Below the pieces are notes generated by a model that was given only the letters and a program-made list of their open reading frames with translations, searched no databases and was not told the origin of the DNA. A program made the translations under genes and the position numbers. Below are positions 55,182 through 64,000 of a stretch of DNA of 64,000 bases, in pieces. The first letter of the stretch is position 1, and the number at the start of each line of letters is the position of its first letter. This stretch comes from Clostridiales bacterium (GTDB lineage: Bacteria > Bacillota > Clostridia > Oscillospirales > UBA644), in NCBI GenBank assembly GCA_016281915.1, contig JAEEJO010000077.1, forward strand, positions 65,508 to 129,507. The letters are read 5' to 3'.

Positions 55182-56129
55182 GTGAGCCAAACATACAAGG
55201 TTTCTCTTTCCGAGATAATGAAAGACACTTTTTCCACCGCCGTTTTTTTACCCGAAGGCGAGAAAAGCGACACATCCAAAATCTTTATCACTACTCCGCT
55301 TGTAAACAGACCGGGACTTCAGCTTGCGGGCTTTTATGACTATTTTGACGATAAAAGAATACAGATTATGGGAAGAGAGGAAATCTCTTACCTTAAATTG
55401 TTTCCTTCTGAAGAGAGACTTGAAAAACTTGAAAAGCTTTTTTCAACAGGTATTCCTGTAGTTATTGTTTCCCATAATCACGAAGTGCTCCCCGAGCTTC
55501 TCGAAGTCGCAAAGAAACACAGTATTCCCGTATTAAAATGCGAAGACTCATCATCTAATCTGCTTCATAACCTTATAAGCTCTCTTAATGTCTATCTTGC
55601 GCCGAGAATTACAACCCACGGTGTTCTGGTGGAGGTTTACGGCGAGGGCATACTGATGATAGGCGACAGCGGTGTAGGTAAAAGCGAAACCGCTATGGAG
55701 TTGCTTAAAAGGGGACACAGGCTTGTTGCCGACGATGCCGTTGAGATAAAACGTGTGTCAAACAGAACTCTTGTTGGAACTGCACCAGAAATGATACGTC
55801 ATCTGATAGAGCTTCGCGGAATAGGTATCGTTGACGTTCGCCATATATTCGGTATGGGCGCCGTCAAGGAATCTGAAAAAATCGATCTTGTTATTCAGCT
55901 TGAACCCTGGAACCCCGAAAAACAGTATGAACGACTCGGCCTTGATGAAAACTTCTATGAAATACTCGGACTGAAATGCCCGACCGTAACCATTCCTATC
56001 AAACCGGGCAGAAATCTTGCCATTATTATTGAAGTAGCGGCAATGAATAACCGCCAGAGACGTCTTGGCTATAACGCAGCCGCAGAACTTAATAAGCGCT
56101 TGATGGAAAGCATGAATAATCCGCAGTAA
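55182..56129 (+). CDS. hprK: HPr kinase/phosphorylase
   Basis: 315 aa from a GTG start, with P-loop [11 protein letters not shown] and [12 protein letters not shown]. Confidence 0.95.
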   Translation: MSQTYKVSLSEIMKDTFSTAVFLPEGEKSDTSKIFITTPLVNRPGLQLAGFYDYFDDKRIQIMGREEISYLKLFPSEERLEKLEKLFSTGIPVVIVSHNHEVLPELLEVAKKHSIPVLKCEDSSSNLLHNLISSLNVYLAPRITTHGVLVEVYGEGILMIGDSGVGKSETAMELLKRGHRLVADDAVEIKRVSNRTLVGTAPEMIRHLIELRGIGIVDVRHIFGMGAVKESEKIDLVIQLEPWNPEKQYERLGLDENFYEILGLKCPTVTIPIKPGRNLAIIIEVAAMNNRQRRLGYNAAAELNKRLMESMNNPQ

Positions 56130-56157
56130 GTCACAAAAGCAACAATACGGTGGTTAT

Positions 56158-57045
56158 ATGATTGACGTTCTCAACTATTGCAAGGAAAACAACATCTTTT
56201 TTAAAAACGATCTCGAAACAAAATCGATATCAACATTCAGGATAGGCGGGATAGCACCTTTAGTCGTATATCCTGAAAACACAAATCAGGTTTCGGGCTT
56301 ATTGAAGCTCTTAAATTTAAACGGAATAAAATATAAAACAGTCGGCAACTGCTCAAATATTCTGTTTTCAGACGATATATTAGATTTTGTTCTTATAAAA
56401 ACAGACAGACTTTCAACTCTTCATATCTCTGAGAATTATATTGAGTGCGGCGCGGGAAATTATCTTTCCGCTATTGCATCATCAGCTCTGAAGGAAGAGT
56501 TGTCAGGAATGGAAAAGCTCTTCGGTATACCCGGTTCTGTCGGCGGTGCGGTAATAATGAATGCCGGCGCATTCGGTTCTCAGATATCAGATGTCGTCGA
56601 ACAAACCGAATATGTTGATAAAGACGGCAATATATGCGTTGTAAGAGGCGAAGAGCACTGCTTTGGTTACAGACAGTCTTGCTTCAACGACACTGACGTT
56701 GTCACAAAAACACTTATAAAGCTTCATAAAGGCTCCTACAGTAGTATTCGCAGTGAAATGACTGCGGTAATGGAAAAAAGAATATCTTCACAACCGCTTG
56801 ATTTACCGAGCGCAGGCAGCGTATTCAAACGCCCTGAGGGCTTTTTTGCCGGAAAACTGATTGAAGACTGCGGACTTAAAGGCGTAACGGTCGGCGGTGC
56901 TCAGGTAAGCGTAAAACATGCGGGTTTTATTGTTAATACCGGTAATGCAACCGCTTCTGACGTTAAGGAACTCATTAAAATCATTCAGTCCGAAGTCTTT
57001 CGTAAATTCGGAGTTACACTTGAAACGGAGATTAGAATTTTCTGA
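56158..57045 (+). CDS. murB: UDP-N-acetylenolpyruvoylglucosamine reductase
   Basis: 295 aa with FRIGG, GIPGSVGGAVIMNAGAFG, SAGSVFKRP and GGAQVSVKHAGFIVN. Confidence 0.95.
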   Translation: MIDVLNYCKENNIFFKNDLETKSISTFRIGGIAPLVVYPENTNQVSGLLKLLNLNGIKYKTVGNCSNILFSDDILDFVLIKTDRLSTLHISENYIECGAGNYLSAIASSALKEELSGMEKLFGIPGSVGGAVIMNAGAFGSQISDVVEQTEYVDKDGNICVVRGEEHCFGYRQSCFNDTDVVTKTLIKLHKGSYSSIRSEMTAVMEKRISSQPLDLPSAGSVFKRPEGFFAGKLIEDCGLKGVTVGGAQVSVKHAGFIVNTGNATASDVKELIKIIQSEVFRKFGVTLETEIRIF

Positions 57046-57932
57046 TGTCATATACTGTAAAGGTTAAAGAGTCTCTTTGTCGAAAAAATACTAACCTGTG
57101 TTGTAAAAAGGCAGAACTATACGGTTTTCTGCTCTTTTCCGGCATTTTTTCCGGAGATCGAATTTCTTTCAGGTCCGAAAACGAATGTATTATAAAGAGA
57201 TATGAAGATTTTTTTCGCCATTTAGATTTTACCGACTTCAAAATCAGCGAGAAACAAACGAAAAATATAAATTATTATATTGATATATATTATCCTCATA
57301 CGTCTGATCTGATAACGAAGATAGGGGACGTAAGCGTTGGTCCACCGTTAAGGATAGATTATTCCGCTTTTGAAAATGATTGCTGTCCTTCGGCCTTTCT
57401 CCGCGGAGTTTTCATAGGAGGTGGATTCCTGTGTTCTCCCGAAAAATCATATCATCTTGAAATTCGTACAGGGCATCAGATGCTGGCAGACGATCTTATC
57501 CGCTTCGCGGAGGAATACGATATTCATTTCAAGAGCGTTCTCCGCAAAGGAGTTCGTGTTCTTTATCTTAAGAATCTGGATGGGATTCGCGATTTCCTCG
57601 CATATATTGGGGCGTCATCATCAGTCTTTGATTTTATTAATGCCGAATTCGAAAAAAGCCTGAAGAATAACGTAAACAGAGCTGTAAACTGCGAAAACGC
57701 CAATATTGAAAAAAGCATTTCCGCGTCTCAGAAACAGATCAAAGCTATCAATAAATTAAAGAAAAAAGAGTATCTTAACGTCTCCTCAGAGCTTGTTGAA
57801 CTTGCTGAAACGAGATTGGCGTTTCCCGATCTGACCCTCGAGGAACTCGGTAAAAAAATGACCCCCGTTCTGTCTAAATCGGGAGTAGCGCACAGAATGA
57901 AAAAACTGATAGATCTAACAAAAAAAAGGTAA
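57045..57932 (+). CDS. whiA: DNA-binding protein WhiA
   Basis: 295 aa with a degenerate LAGLIDADG-type core and C-terminal HTH LEELGKKMTPVLSKSGVAHRMKKL. The start overlaps the murB stop. Confidence 0.9.
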   Translation: MSYTVKVKESLCRKNTNLCCKKAELYGFLLFSGIFSGDRISFRSENECIIKRYEDFFRHLDFTDFKISEKQTKNINYYIDIYYPHTSDLITKIGDVSVGPPLRIDYSAFENDCCPSAFLRGVFIGGGFLCSPEKSYHLEIRTGHQMLADDLIRFAEEYDIHFKSVLRKGVRVLYLKNLDGIRDFLAYIGASSSVFDFINAEFEKSLKNNVNRAVNCENANIEKSISASQKQIKAINKLKKKEYLNVSSELVELAETRLAFPDLTLEELGKKMTPVLSKSGVAHRMKKLIDLTKKR

Positions 57933-57937
57933 ACAAT

Positions 57938-60900
57938 ATGGGATTTGTCCATCTACATGTACATACTGAATACAGTCTGCTTGACGGAGCATGCAAAGTT
58001 AAAAAAATGCCTGCTCTGATAAAGGAAATGGGGCAGACTGCAGTTGCCATGACTGATCACGGCAATATGTACGGAACAATATATTTTTATAAATATGCAA
58101 AAGCTGCAGGTATAAAGCCTATAATAGGTTGTGAAGTTTACACTGCAGCAAGGACCCGCTTTGACAAAACAAAAGAGCTGGACGGTAATAACGGACATCT
58201 TATACTTCTTTGTAAGAACAACGAAGGTTATAAAAATCTTATCGAGATGGTATCGCTTGCCAATCTGGAAGGCTTCTATTATAAACCGCGCGTTGATATG
58301 GAGCTTATAGAGAAATATCATGAGGGGCTTATCTGTCTTTCTGCATGTCTTGCCGGAGATATTCCTCAGCTTTTGCTTGCAGACAGGTATGATGATGCAA
58401 AAGCTCTTGCGTTGAAATATCTTTCCATATTCGGCGAAGGTAATTACTATCTTGAGCTTCAGGATCACGGAATTGAGGAGCAGAAAAAGGTCATGGACGG
58501 GCTTTTGCGCATCCATCGTGAAACAGGTATTCCTCTTGTCGCTACTAACGATGCTCATTATCTTCAGAAAAAAGACGCACATGCACAGAAAGTTCTTATC
58601 TACGTTCAGATACAGAAAACGATAGATGAAGAAAGCGGCATGGGCTTTTCCACAGACGAGTTTTATCTTAAATCCGAACAGGAAATGCGTTCGCTTTTTG
58701 AGTTTGTGCCTGAAGCGATCGACAATACCGTAAAAATAGCTGATCAGTGCAACGTCGTTTTCCCTGAAATAGACGATCCGAAAAAAAGAGTTTATTTCCT
58801 TCCCGTATTCAAGTGGACTGAAGGATTGTCTCACTACGACTATCTGCGCAAGCTGACTTTTGAAGGCTTTGAGCAAAGATATACGCCGGAGCAGAGAACA
58901 AAAGAGCTTGTTGAAAGGGTAGAATATGAGCTTGATATTATAAACAGAATGGGCTTTGTAGACTATTTTCTGATAGTCTGGGATTTTATCAACTATGCCA
59001 AATCTCACGGAATCCCCATCGGTCCTGGCAGAGGTTCCGGTGCGGGAAGTATCGTTGCATACTGCACGAGAATTACCAATATTGAACCTATTCGTTATAA
59101 CCTGATCTTTGAAAGATTCCTTAATCCTGAACGAATCTCCATGCCGGACTTCGACGTTGATATGTGCCCGGTAAGAAGAAACGAAGTTTTTGAATATGTT
59201 CAGCATAAATACGGCGAAAAGAATGTCGCCAATATTGTAACGTTTATTACATTAAAAGCAAAGGCAGCCATAAAAGACGTTGCCCGTGTTCTCGGTTTTT
59301 CCGTAGGTGAGGCAAACCGTCTTACAAAAATGATCCCCGATAAAATGACCATTCGTGAAGCAATAAACAAAGTTCCTGAACTTAAAAGCCTTTACGAATC
59401 TGATGACAGGATCCGAGATTTGCTTGATACTTCCGAAACCATCGAGAATTCACCACGTAACCCCTCAGTTCATGCATGCGGTATAGTAATTGCGGAAAAT
59501 CCGATCTATACATATGTTCCTGTCGCTGTTAACGACGGTGTAACCGTGTCTCAGTTCGATATGAAGATTGTTGAAGAAGTCGGTTTGGTTAAAATGGACT
59601 TCCTCGGGCTGCGAAACCTCACCGTTATTGAGGATGCATGTAAACTGGTCAGAAAGAAAGTTCCTGATTTCAATATCGAAAAGGTCGATATCGACGATCC
59701 GGAGGTTTATGAGCTTCTTTCTCGCGGTGAAACAGACGGCATATTCCAGCTTGAATCAGGCGGTATGAAGCAAACCCTTGTATCTCTTAAGCCGAAAAGT
59801 ATTGAAGATATTACGGCTATTATATCCCTTTACCGTCCCGGTCCGATGGATAATATCCCGACGTATATCAACAATAAATCACATCCCGAAAGTATTCAAT
59901 ATAAACATCCTCTTCTTGAAAACAGCCTGAAAGTTACGTACGGAGTTATGGTTTATCAGGAACAGGTAATGCAGATCGTAAGGGAGCTTGCTGGTTACTC
60001 ATACGGTCGTGCCGATATCGTTCGCAAAGCCATGGGTAAGAAACAGATGGATGTTATGGCGCGTGAACGTGAATATTTTATAAATGGGAAAAAACGTGAT
60101 GACGGGTCTGTCGAAATTCCGGGATGCGTAGCTAACGGAGTTCCAGCCGACGTAGCAAACGAAATATTCGATGATATGATAAAATTCGCCGAATACGCCT
60201 TTAATAAATCTCATGCCGCGGCGTATGCATATGTTACGTATTATACAGCCTTTTTAAAAACGCATTATAAGCGTGAATATATGGCTGCGCTCCTTACAAG
60301 CGTTTTGGGAAAAACAGATAAAATGGTAGGCTACATCAATGAGTGCACTAAGCAATCTATCGATGTTATGCCGCCGGATATCAATGAATCGGAAGATATT
60401 TTTACCGTATCACAGGATAAGATACGCTTCGGCCTTTCCGGTGTAAAGAGTGTCGGTCAGGGTGCTATTGCTGATATACTGAAAGAACGCGGTGAAAACG
60501 GACCGTTTAAGAGTTTCTACGATTTTTGCAGCAGAATGTTCGACGGATATTCAGTAGATTCCAAAACAGTTGAAAGTCTTATACGATGCGGTGCCTTCGA
60601 CTGCTTCAATCAGCCGAGACAGCAGCTCGAAGTAAGCTTTCCTGAAATCAGAAAACTAGTTGCCGAAGATATAAAAGAACGCGAGGAGGGGCAGATGAAC
60701 CTCTTCGGAAACGTTGAAGAAGAAACCCAGCCTTATGTATATCCTGATGTTCCGGAGTATTCAAAGCGCGAAAAACTCAAACTTGAAAAAGAAGTCACAG
60801 GCATTTATCTTACCGATCATCCTATGAAAGAGTATCATGAAGAGTTTTTACGTTCCGGTGCAGTTGAGATTTCAAGCATTTACTCGGATGTAAACCCATA

Positions 60901-61477
60901 TCAGAATAACGATAAGATTCGCGTCTTCGGCATACTGACGAAAGTAACCAAAAAGATGACGAAGAACGATAAGCAAATGATGATTTGCGTTCTTCAGGAT
61001 TTGTCGGGATCGATCGAAATACTTGTATTTGGAAAATCCTACGATGCATTTTCATCGAAACTTGTCGAAGATAAGATCGTTATCATTGACGGAAGACTCA
61101 GCATTAAAGAAGATATGTCAAGAGCTTCTTCAGATGATGACGACGACAGCTCATCGCAGCTTACTGCCTCGATCGTTCTGAATGATCTGACTGAAGTCAA
61201 CGGTCATGATACTCCTGCGCCCACCAACGAAGTTTATATCCCCAGGGATGAGTATGAGGGTAAGAGCCTTTATATCAATTTCCATGAGAAAGACGGGGCT
61301 AATTTTAACAGATGCGTGGATACGCTTGTATCTAGCAGGGGAAACTCTCCCGTATTTTTCAGGTTTATAGACAGGAAAAAACAGGGAAGATTTTCAAAAT
61401 GCGATGTGCGGATCACCGCACCGCTTATTTCTGAGCTCAGAGGAATTCTCGGGTATGACAGCGTTGAGATACGCTAA
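57938..61477 (+). CDS. dnaE: DNA polymerase III alpha subunit (DnaE type)
   Basis: 1179 aa with an N-terminal PHP domain (FVHLHVHTEYSLLDG), GPGRGSGAGS, PDFDVD and FNKSHAAAYA. An OB-fold lies near the C-terminus. Confidence 0.95.
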   Translation: MGFVHLHVHTEYSLLDGACKVKKMPALIKEMGQTAVAMTDHGNMYGTIYFYKYAKAAGIKPIIGCEVYTAARTRFDKTKELDGNNGHLILLCKNNEGYKNLIEMVSLANLEGFYYKPRVDMELIEKYHEGLICLSACLAGDIPQLLLADRYDDAKALALKYLSIFGEGNYYLELQDHGIEEQKKVMDGLLRIHRETGIPLVATNDAHYLQKKDAHAQKVLIYVQIQKTIDEESGMGFSTDEFYLKSEQEMRSLFEFVPEAIDNTVKIADQCNVVFPEIDDPKKRVYFLPVFKWTEGLSHYDYLRKLTFEGFEQRYTPEQRTKELVERVEYELDIINRMGFVDYFLIVWDFINYAKSHGIPIGPGRGSGAGSIVAYCTRITNIEPIRYNLIFERFLNPERISMPDFDVDMCPVRRNEVFEYVQHKYGEKNVANIVTFITLKAKAAIKDVARVLGFSVGEANRLTKMIPDKMTIREAINKVPELKSLYESDDRIRDLLDTSETIENSPRNPSVHACGIVIAENPIYTYVPVAVNDGVTVSQFDMKIVEEVGLVKMDFLGLRNLTVIEDACKLVRKKVPDFNIEKVDIDDPEVYELLSRGETDGIFQLESGGMKQTLVSLKPKSIEDITAIISLYRPGPMDNIPTYINNKSHPESIQYKHPLLENSLKVTYGVMVYQEQVMQIVRELAGYSYGRADIVRKAMGKKQMDVMAREREYFINGKKRDDGSVEIPGCVANGVPADVANEIFDDMIKFAEYAFNKSHAAAYAYVTYYTAFLKTHYKREYMAALLTSVLGKTDKMVGYINECTKQSIDVMPPDINESEDIFTVSQDKIRFGLSGVKSVGQGAIADILKERGENGPFKSFYDFCSRMFDGYSVDSKTVESLIRCGAFDCFNQPRQQLEVSFPEIRKLVAEDIKEREEGQMNLFGNVEEETQPYVYPDVPEYSKREKLKLEKEVTGIYLTDHPMKEYHEEFLRSGAVEISSIYSDVNPYQNNDKIRVFGILTKVTKKMTKNDKQMMICVLQDLSGSIEILVFGKSYDAFSSKLVEDKIVIIDGRLSIKEDMSRASSDDDDDSSSQLTASIVLNDLTEVNGHDTPAPTNEVYIPRDEYEGKSLYINFHEKDGANFNRCVDTLVSSRGNSPVFFRFIDRKKQGRFSKCDVRITAPLISELRGILGYDSVEIR

Positions 61478-61498
61478 TTAATTAAAGTGAGGTTTAAT

Positions 61499-61834
61499 AT
61501 GATATCTATATTACCTGAAAAACGCGGCAATAATGAAGCATTTGTTGTGTCCGACGGAAATGAAAAGCTGGCGGAATGCGAATACTCTGCCGATAACTCG
61601 GAAATACTGAATATAGTCGTTTATAAAGAAAATAACGATCTTCTTCGAGAAAGTGTCTTGCGGGCTGCTTTGAGCCGCCTTGATTACGCCGGAAAAACCG
61701 ATGTTACATCAAAAAACCCCGAGCTCGATAAATTCCTTACCGGACTGGGGTTTAAAAAAGAAAGCGGAGTTTGCAGAATCAATACAACTGAATTTTTTAA
61801 GAATGCACCGTGTAAAAATTCAAATGATGCCTGA
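61499..61834 (+). CDS. hypothetical small protein
   Basis: 111 aa from ATG 61499, 7 nt after GTGAGG. Amino-acid composition looks coding. No motif was recognised. The 3' end overlaps the convergent gene by 15 nt. Confidence 0.5.
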   Translation: MISILPEKRGNNEAFVVSDGNEKLAECEYSADNSEILNIVVYKENNDLLRESVLRAALSRLDYAGKTDVTSKNPELDKFLTGLGFKKESGVCRINTTEFFKNAPCKNSNDA

Positions 61835-62515
61835 AAGCTTCAAGATCACAAATAGAATTGCCATAACTACGGGCTGATGCGTCAGATACAGAATAAGAGA
61901 ATGCTTTCCTATAAACGAAATCGGGTTTTTTCCGACTGAAAAGCTAAAGAGGCTCTTTTTTTCGGAATACAAAAGCTTTCCTATGATGATCCCGATAAAA
62001 ACAGTTGCCAAATGCGGTATCAGTGGGTAATAGTCACTTGAATAGAATGCCGCATTGTGTACACCGAACAGAAAAAACAGATTGCCGGCATTTCTGATGT
62101 TTCTGACAATAAAATGCAGCGCGTAAATTATTGCGGATAATACTGCAGTAACAGCAATCGGCAGCTTTTTTATAAAGTATGACAACATCATTGCAATTCC
62201 GAGCATATGAAGAATGCCGAATACAATTACAAGTTTCGTATCAAAAAGCAAATCAATCACGAAAGTGATTGCTGTTAGCCCCATAGCCGCACCGAATACG
62301 ATTGCACCGCGTTTTACGCAGTTTTTAGACAATGTCGTCGATATTCCGCAAAGCAGCATAAAAAGAATTGCAGAAAAGTCACCGATAAAATCGAGCTGGA
62401 CGGTCTTTACACCGAAAATGCTGTTAAGGTCGAAAACTACGTGATCGTAGACCATACATAAAAAAGCGATTCCTCGCAAGAAATCTATTTCCCATATTCT
62501 GTTATTTGTTTTCAT
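61820..62515 (-). CDS. DUF1624 (heparan-alpha-glucosaminide N-acetyltransferase-like) membrane acyltransferase
   Basis: The start is taken at ATG 62515, 8 nt after GAGGA. The N-terminal family block is RIWEIDFLRGIAFLCMVYDHV, and the protein is multi-pass TM. Confidence 0.8.
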   Translation of the reverse strand: MKTNNRIWEIDFLRGIAFLCMVYDHVVFDLNSIFGVKTVQLDFIGDFSAILFMLLCGISTTLSKNCVKRGAIVFGAAMGLTAITFVIDLLFDTKLVIVFGILHMLGIAMMLSYFIKKLPIAVTAVLSAIIYALHFIVRNIRNAGNLFFLFGVHNAAFYSSDYYPLIPHLATVFIGIIIGKLLYSEKKSLFSFSVGKNPISFIGKHSLILYLTHQPVVMAILFVILKLSGII

Positions 62516-62586
62516 ACGGCAAATCCTCGTTTCTGCTACTATTTTATCATATTTTGCTGAAATTATCAATATCACGGAGTCGAAAA

Positions 62587-63246
62587 ATGGATACTATTTT
62601 TGAAAAATTAAAAAAAACAGGGATCATTCCCGTAATAAAGCTTGATAATGCTGACGATATCCTTCCTTTGTCAGAAGCTCTCTTGAAGGGAGGAATAGAC
62701 GTTGCTGAAATCACGTTCAGAACAAACGCAGCAGAAGACGCAATAAGAAAACTGAAAAAATCTGATTTAAAAATGATTATAGGCGCAGGGACCGTGCTTA
62801 CAACAGAAAATGCAGACAGGGCTATTGATGCGGGAGCAGAATTTATCGTATCTCCGGGCTTTAACCCAAGGGTTGTCGATTACTGTATTGACAGGCAAAT
62901 TCCTATGGCTCCCGGAATTTCTATTCCATCCGAAATCGAGCTTGCGCTTGAACGCGGTATTGATGTCGTTAAGTTCTTCCCTGCGGAGCAAAGCGGCGGC
63001 CTTGCCAAAATTAAGGCAATGAGCGCAGCCTACGGTGAGATATGCTTTATTCCTACAGGAGGAATAACCGCCGATAATCTTGCAACATACATTTCATTTA
63101 ATAAAATAATAGCTTGCGGCGGCACCTTTATGGTAAAAGATGCGCTTATCAAGTCAAAGCAATGGGATGAAATAACGAAGCTTTCTTTGAAAGCAGTTGA
63201 AATAATCAAAGAAACAAGGGCACAGCAGAAGATTAGTGTCAAATAG
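62587..63246 (+). CDS. eda: 2-dehydro-3-deoxyphosphogluconate (KDPG) aldolase
   Basis: 219 aa from ATG 62587, with GIIPVIKL, VAEITFRT, GAGTVL, KFFPAE and PTGG. Confidence 0.9.
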   Translation: MDTIFEKLKKTGIIPVIKLDNADDILPLSEALLKGGIDVAEITFRTNAAEDAIRKLKKSDLKMIIGAGTVLTTENADRAIDAGAEFIVSPGFNPRVVDYCIDRQIPMAPGISIPSEIELALERGIDVVKFFPAEQSGGLAKIKAMSAAYGEICFIPTGGITADNLATYISFNKIIACGGTFMVKDALIKSKQWDEITKLSLKAVEIIKETRAQQKISVK

Positions 63247-63297
63247 ATCGCACGTGAACTGTATTTATAATTATACTTAATTGTAATATTTTTTTTA

Positions 63298-63326
63298 TTG
63301 ACAATTTTATTAAATGGGTTTATAAT
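63298..63326 (+). promoter_or_regulatory. consensus sigma-A promoter for pduL
   Basis: TTGACA (63298-63303), 17 nt, TATAAT (63321-63326). Confidence 0.6.
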
Positions 63327-63355
63327 AATAAAAATAAATTATCAGGAGTACATTA

Positions 63356-63925
63356 ATGAAAAAGATTTTAATTGAAATGTCCGCAAGACACATTCATGTA
63401 AATGCTGAACAGCTTGAGATCCTTTACGGAAAAGGACATGAACTCACACCTAAAAAGATGCTTTCTCAGCCGGGACAGTTCCTTTCCGAAGAAAAGGTTA
63501 CTGTTTGCGGACCTAAGGGCGAACTTAAAGTTTCCATTCTCGGTCCGTGCAGAAAAGATACACAGCTTGAACTTTCATTCACAGATGCCAGAGCGCTCGG
63601 TCTGACAGTTCCTGTCCGTGAGTCCGGCGATATCAAAGGTAGCGCACCTGTTACTGTTAAAGGCCCCGCAGGCGAATATACGGTCGACGAAGGCGCAATC
63701 GCTGCTATGAGACACGTTCATCTTGATCCTGCAACAGCAGAGGAATACGGTCTTAAAGACAAACAGATTGTCAGCGTAAAATATGACGGCGGAAACAGAA
63801 AGCTTATATTCGGCGACGTAGTTGTAAGGGTTAATCCCAATTATGCTCCTGCCATGCATATTGATACCGATGAAGCAAACGCAGCAGGTATCGCAGGAAC
63901 CGCGGAAGGCGAAATTCTCGACTGA
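63356..63925 (+). CDS. pduL: phosphate propanoyl/acetyl-transferase PduL
   Basis: 189 aa with the two PduL half-repeats SARHIHV and AMRHVHL. A CAGGAG RBS is present. Confidence 0.9.
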   Translation: MKKILIEMSARHIHVNAEQLEILYGKGHELTPKKMLSQPGQFLSEEKVTVCGPKGELKVSILGPCRKDTQLELSFTDARALGLTVPVRESGDIKGSAPVTVKGPAGEYTVDEGAIAAMRHVHLDPATAEEYGLKDKQIVSVKYDGGNRKLIFGDVVVRVNPNYAPAMHIDTDEANAAGIAGTAEGEILD

Positions 63926-63945
63926 TCAAATATAACATACAAAAA

Positions 63946-63977
63946 ATATCCGCCTGAGTCACAGGCGGATATTTTTT
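63946..63977 (+). terminator. rho-independent terminator
   Basis: 11-bp stem ATATCCGCCTG/CAGGCGGATAT with loop AGTCA, running into T6. Confidence 0.8.
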
Positions 63978-64000
63978 ACGCTGTTTCTATTTTGCTGTCA

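Noticed and set aside
57953-59206. 417-aa ORF antisense to dnaE
   Set aside because: It lies entirely inside the strongly conserved dnaE reading frame. Its composition is low-complexity and rich in Phe, Ile, Lys and Cys. It has no RBS and no recognisable motif, so it is a shadow ORF.

Overview
This is a 64-kb chromosomal stretch that looks like an anaerobic Firmicute of class Clostridia. That assignment is an inference from gene content and order (cmk-plsC-ispH::S1, hprK-murB-whiA-dnaE, glgBCDAP, PduL, an [FeFe]-hydrogenase-like gene) and was not searched. The window is densely coding: about 62 CDS, 3 tRNAs and 1 decayed gene. I saw no rRNA, CRISPR array, transposase, integrase or phage genes, so most of it is ordinary housekeeping. 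From left to right it contains: the 3' part of a class A PBP; a same-strand glycan and amino-sugar block (GH29 fucosidase, triple-LamG surface protein, SIS isomerase, ROK-like kinase, PIG-L deacetylase, orphan solute-binding lipoprotein); DUF1858-trmK-nif3; a 3D/G5 cell-wall protein; a cytoplasmic Cys-type sulfatase; kdgK and tRNA-Val; a decayed lipoprotein gene; and an amidohydrolase plus flippase-like pair. Next come a five-gene DRTGG / GHKL-ATPase / [FeFe]-hydrogenase-like / DRTGG / PHP block, an LRR-TPR membrane protein, hflKC, tRNA-Pro and tRNA-Thr, a CofE-like gene, MarR with a heterodimeric ABC exporter, a degenerate M15B peptidase, and a minus-strand glgB-C-D-A-P-GH13 operon trailed by oadB, an unlisted 50-codon oadG-like ORF and a NUDIX gene. 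The right end holds a housekeeping run (THUMP methyltransferase, BaiN-like flavoprotein, HutP-like, cmk, plsC, ispH::S1, hprK, murB, whiA, dnaE, eda, pduL). The most system-like locus without an assigned function is the hydrogenase-like sensor block at 18.8-22.2 kb. Other observations worth a second look are an M15B peptidase with all three zinc ligands substituted, a possible NagA/NagB-independent amino-sugar route, an orphan Na+-decarboxylase membrane module at the end of the glycogen operon, and a lipoprotein pseudogene. All product calls come from motif recognition by eye; no database search was possible.
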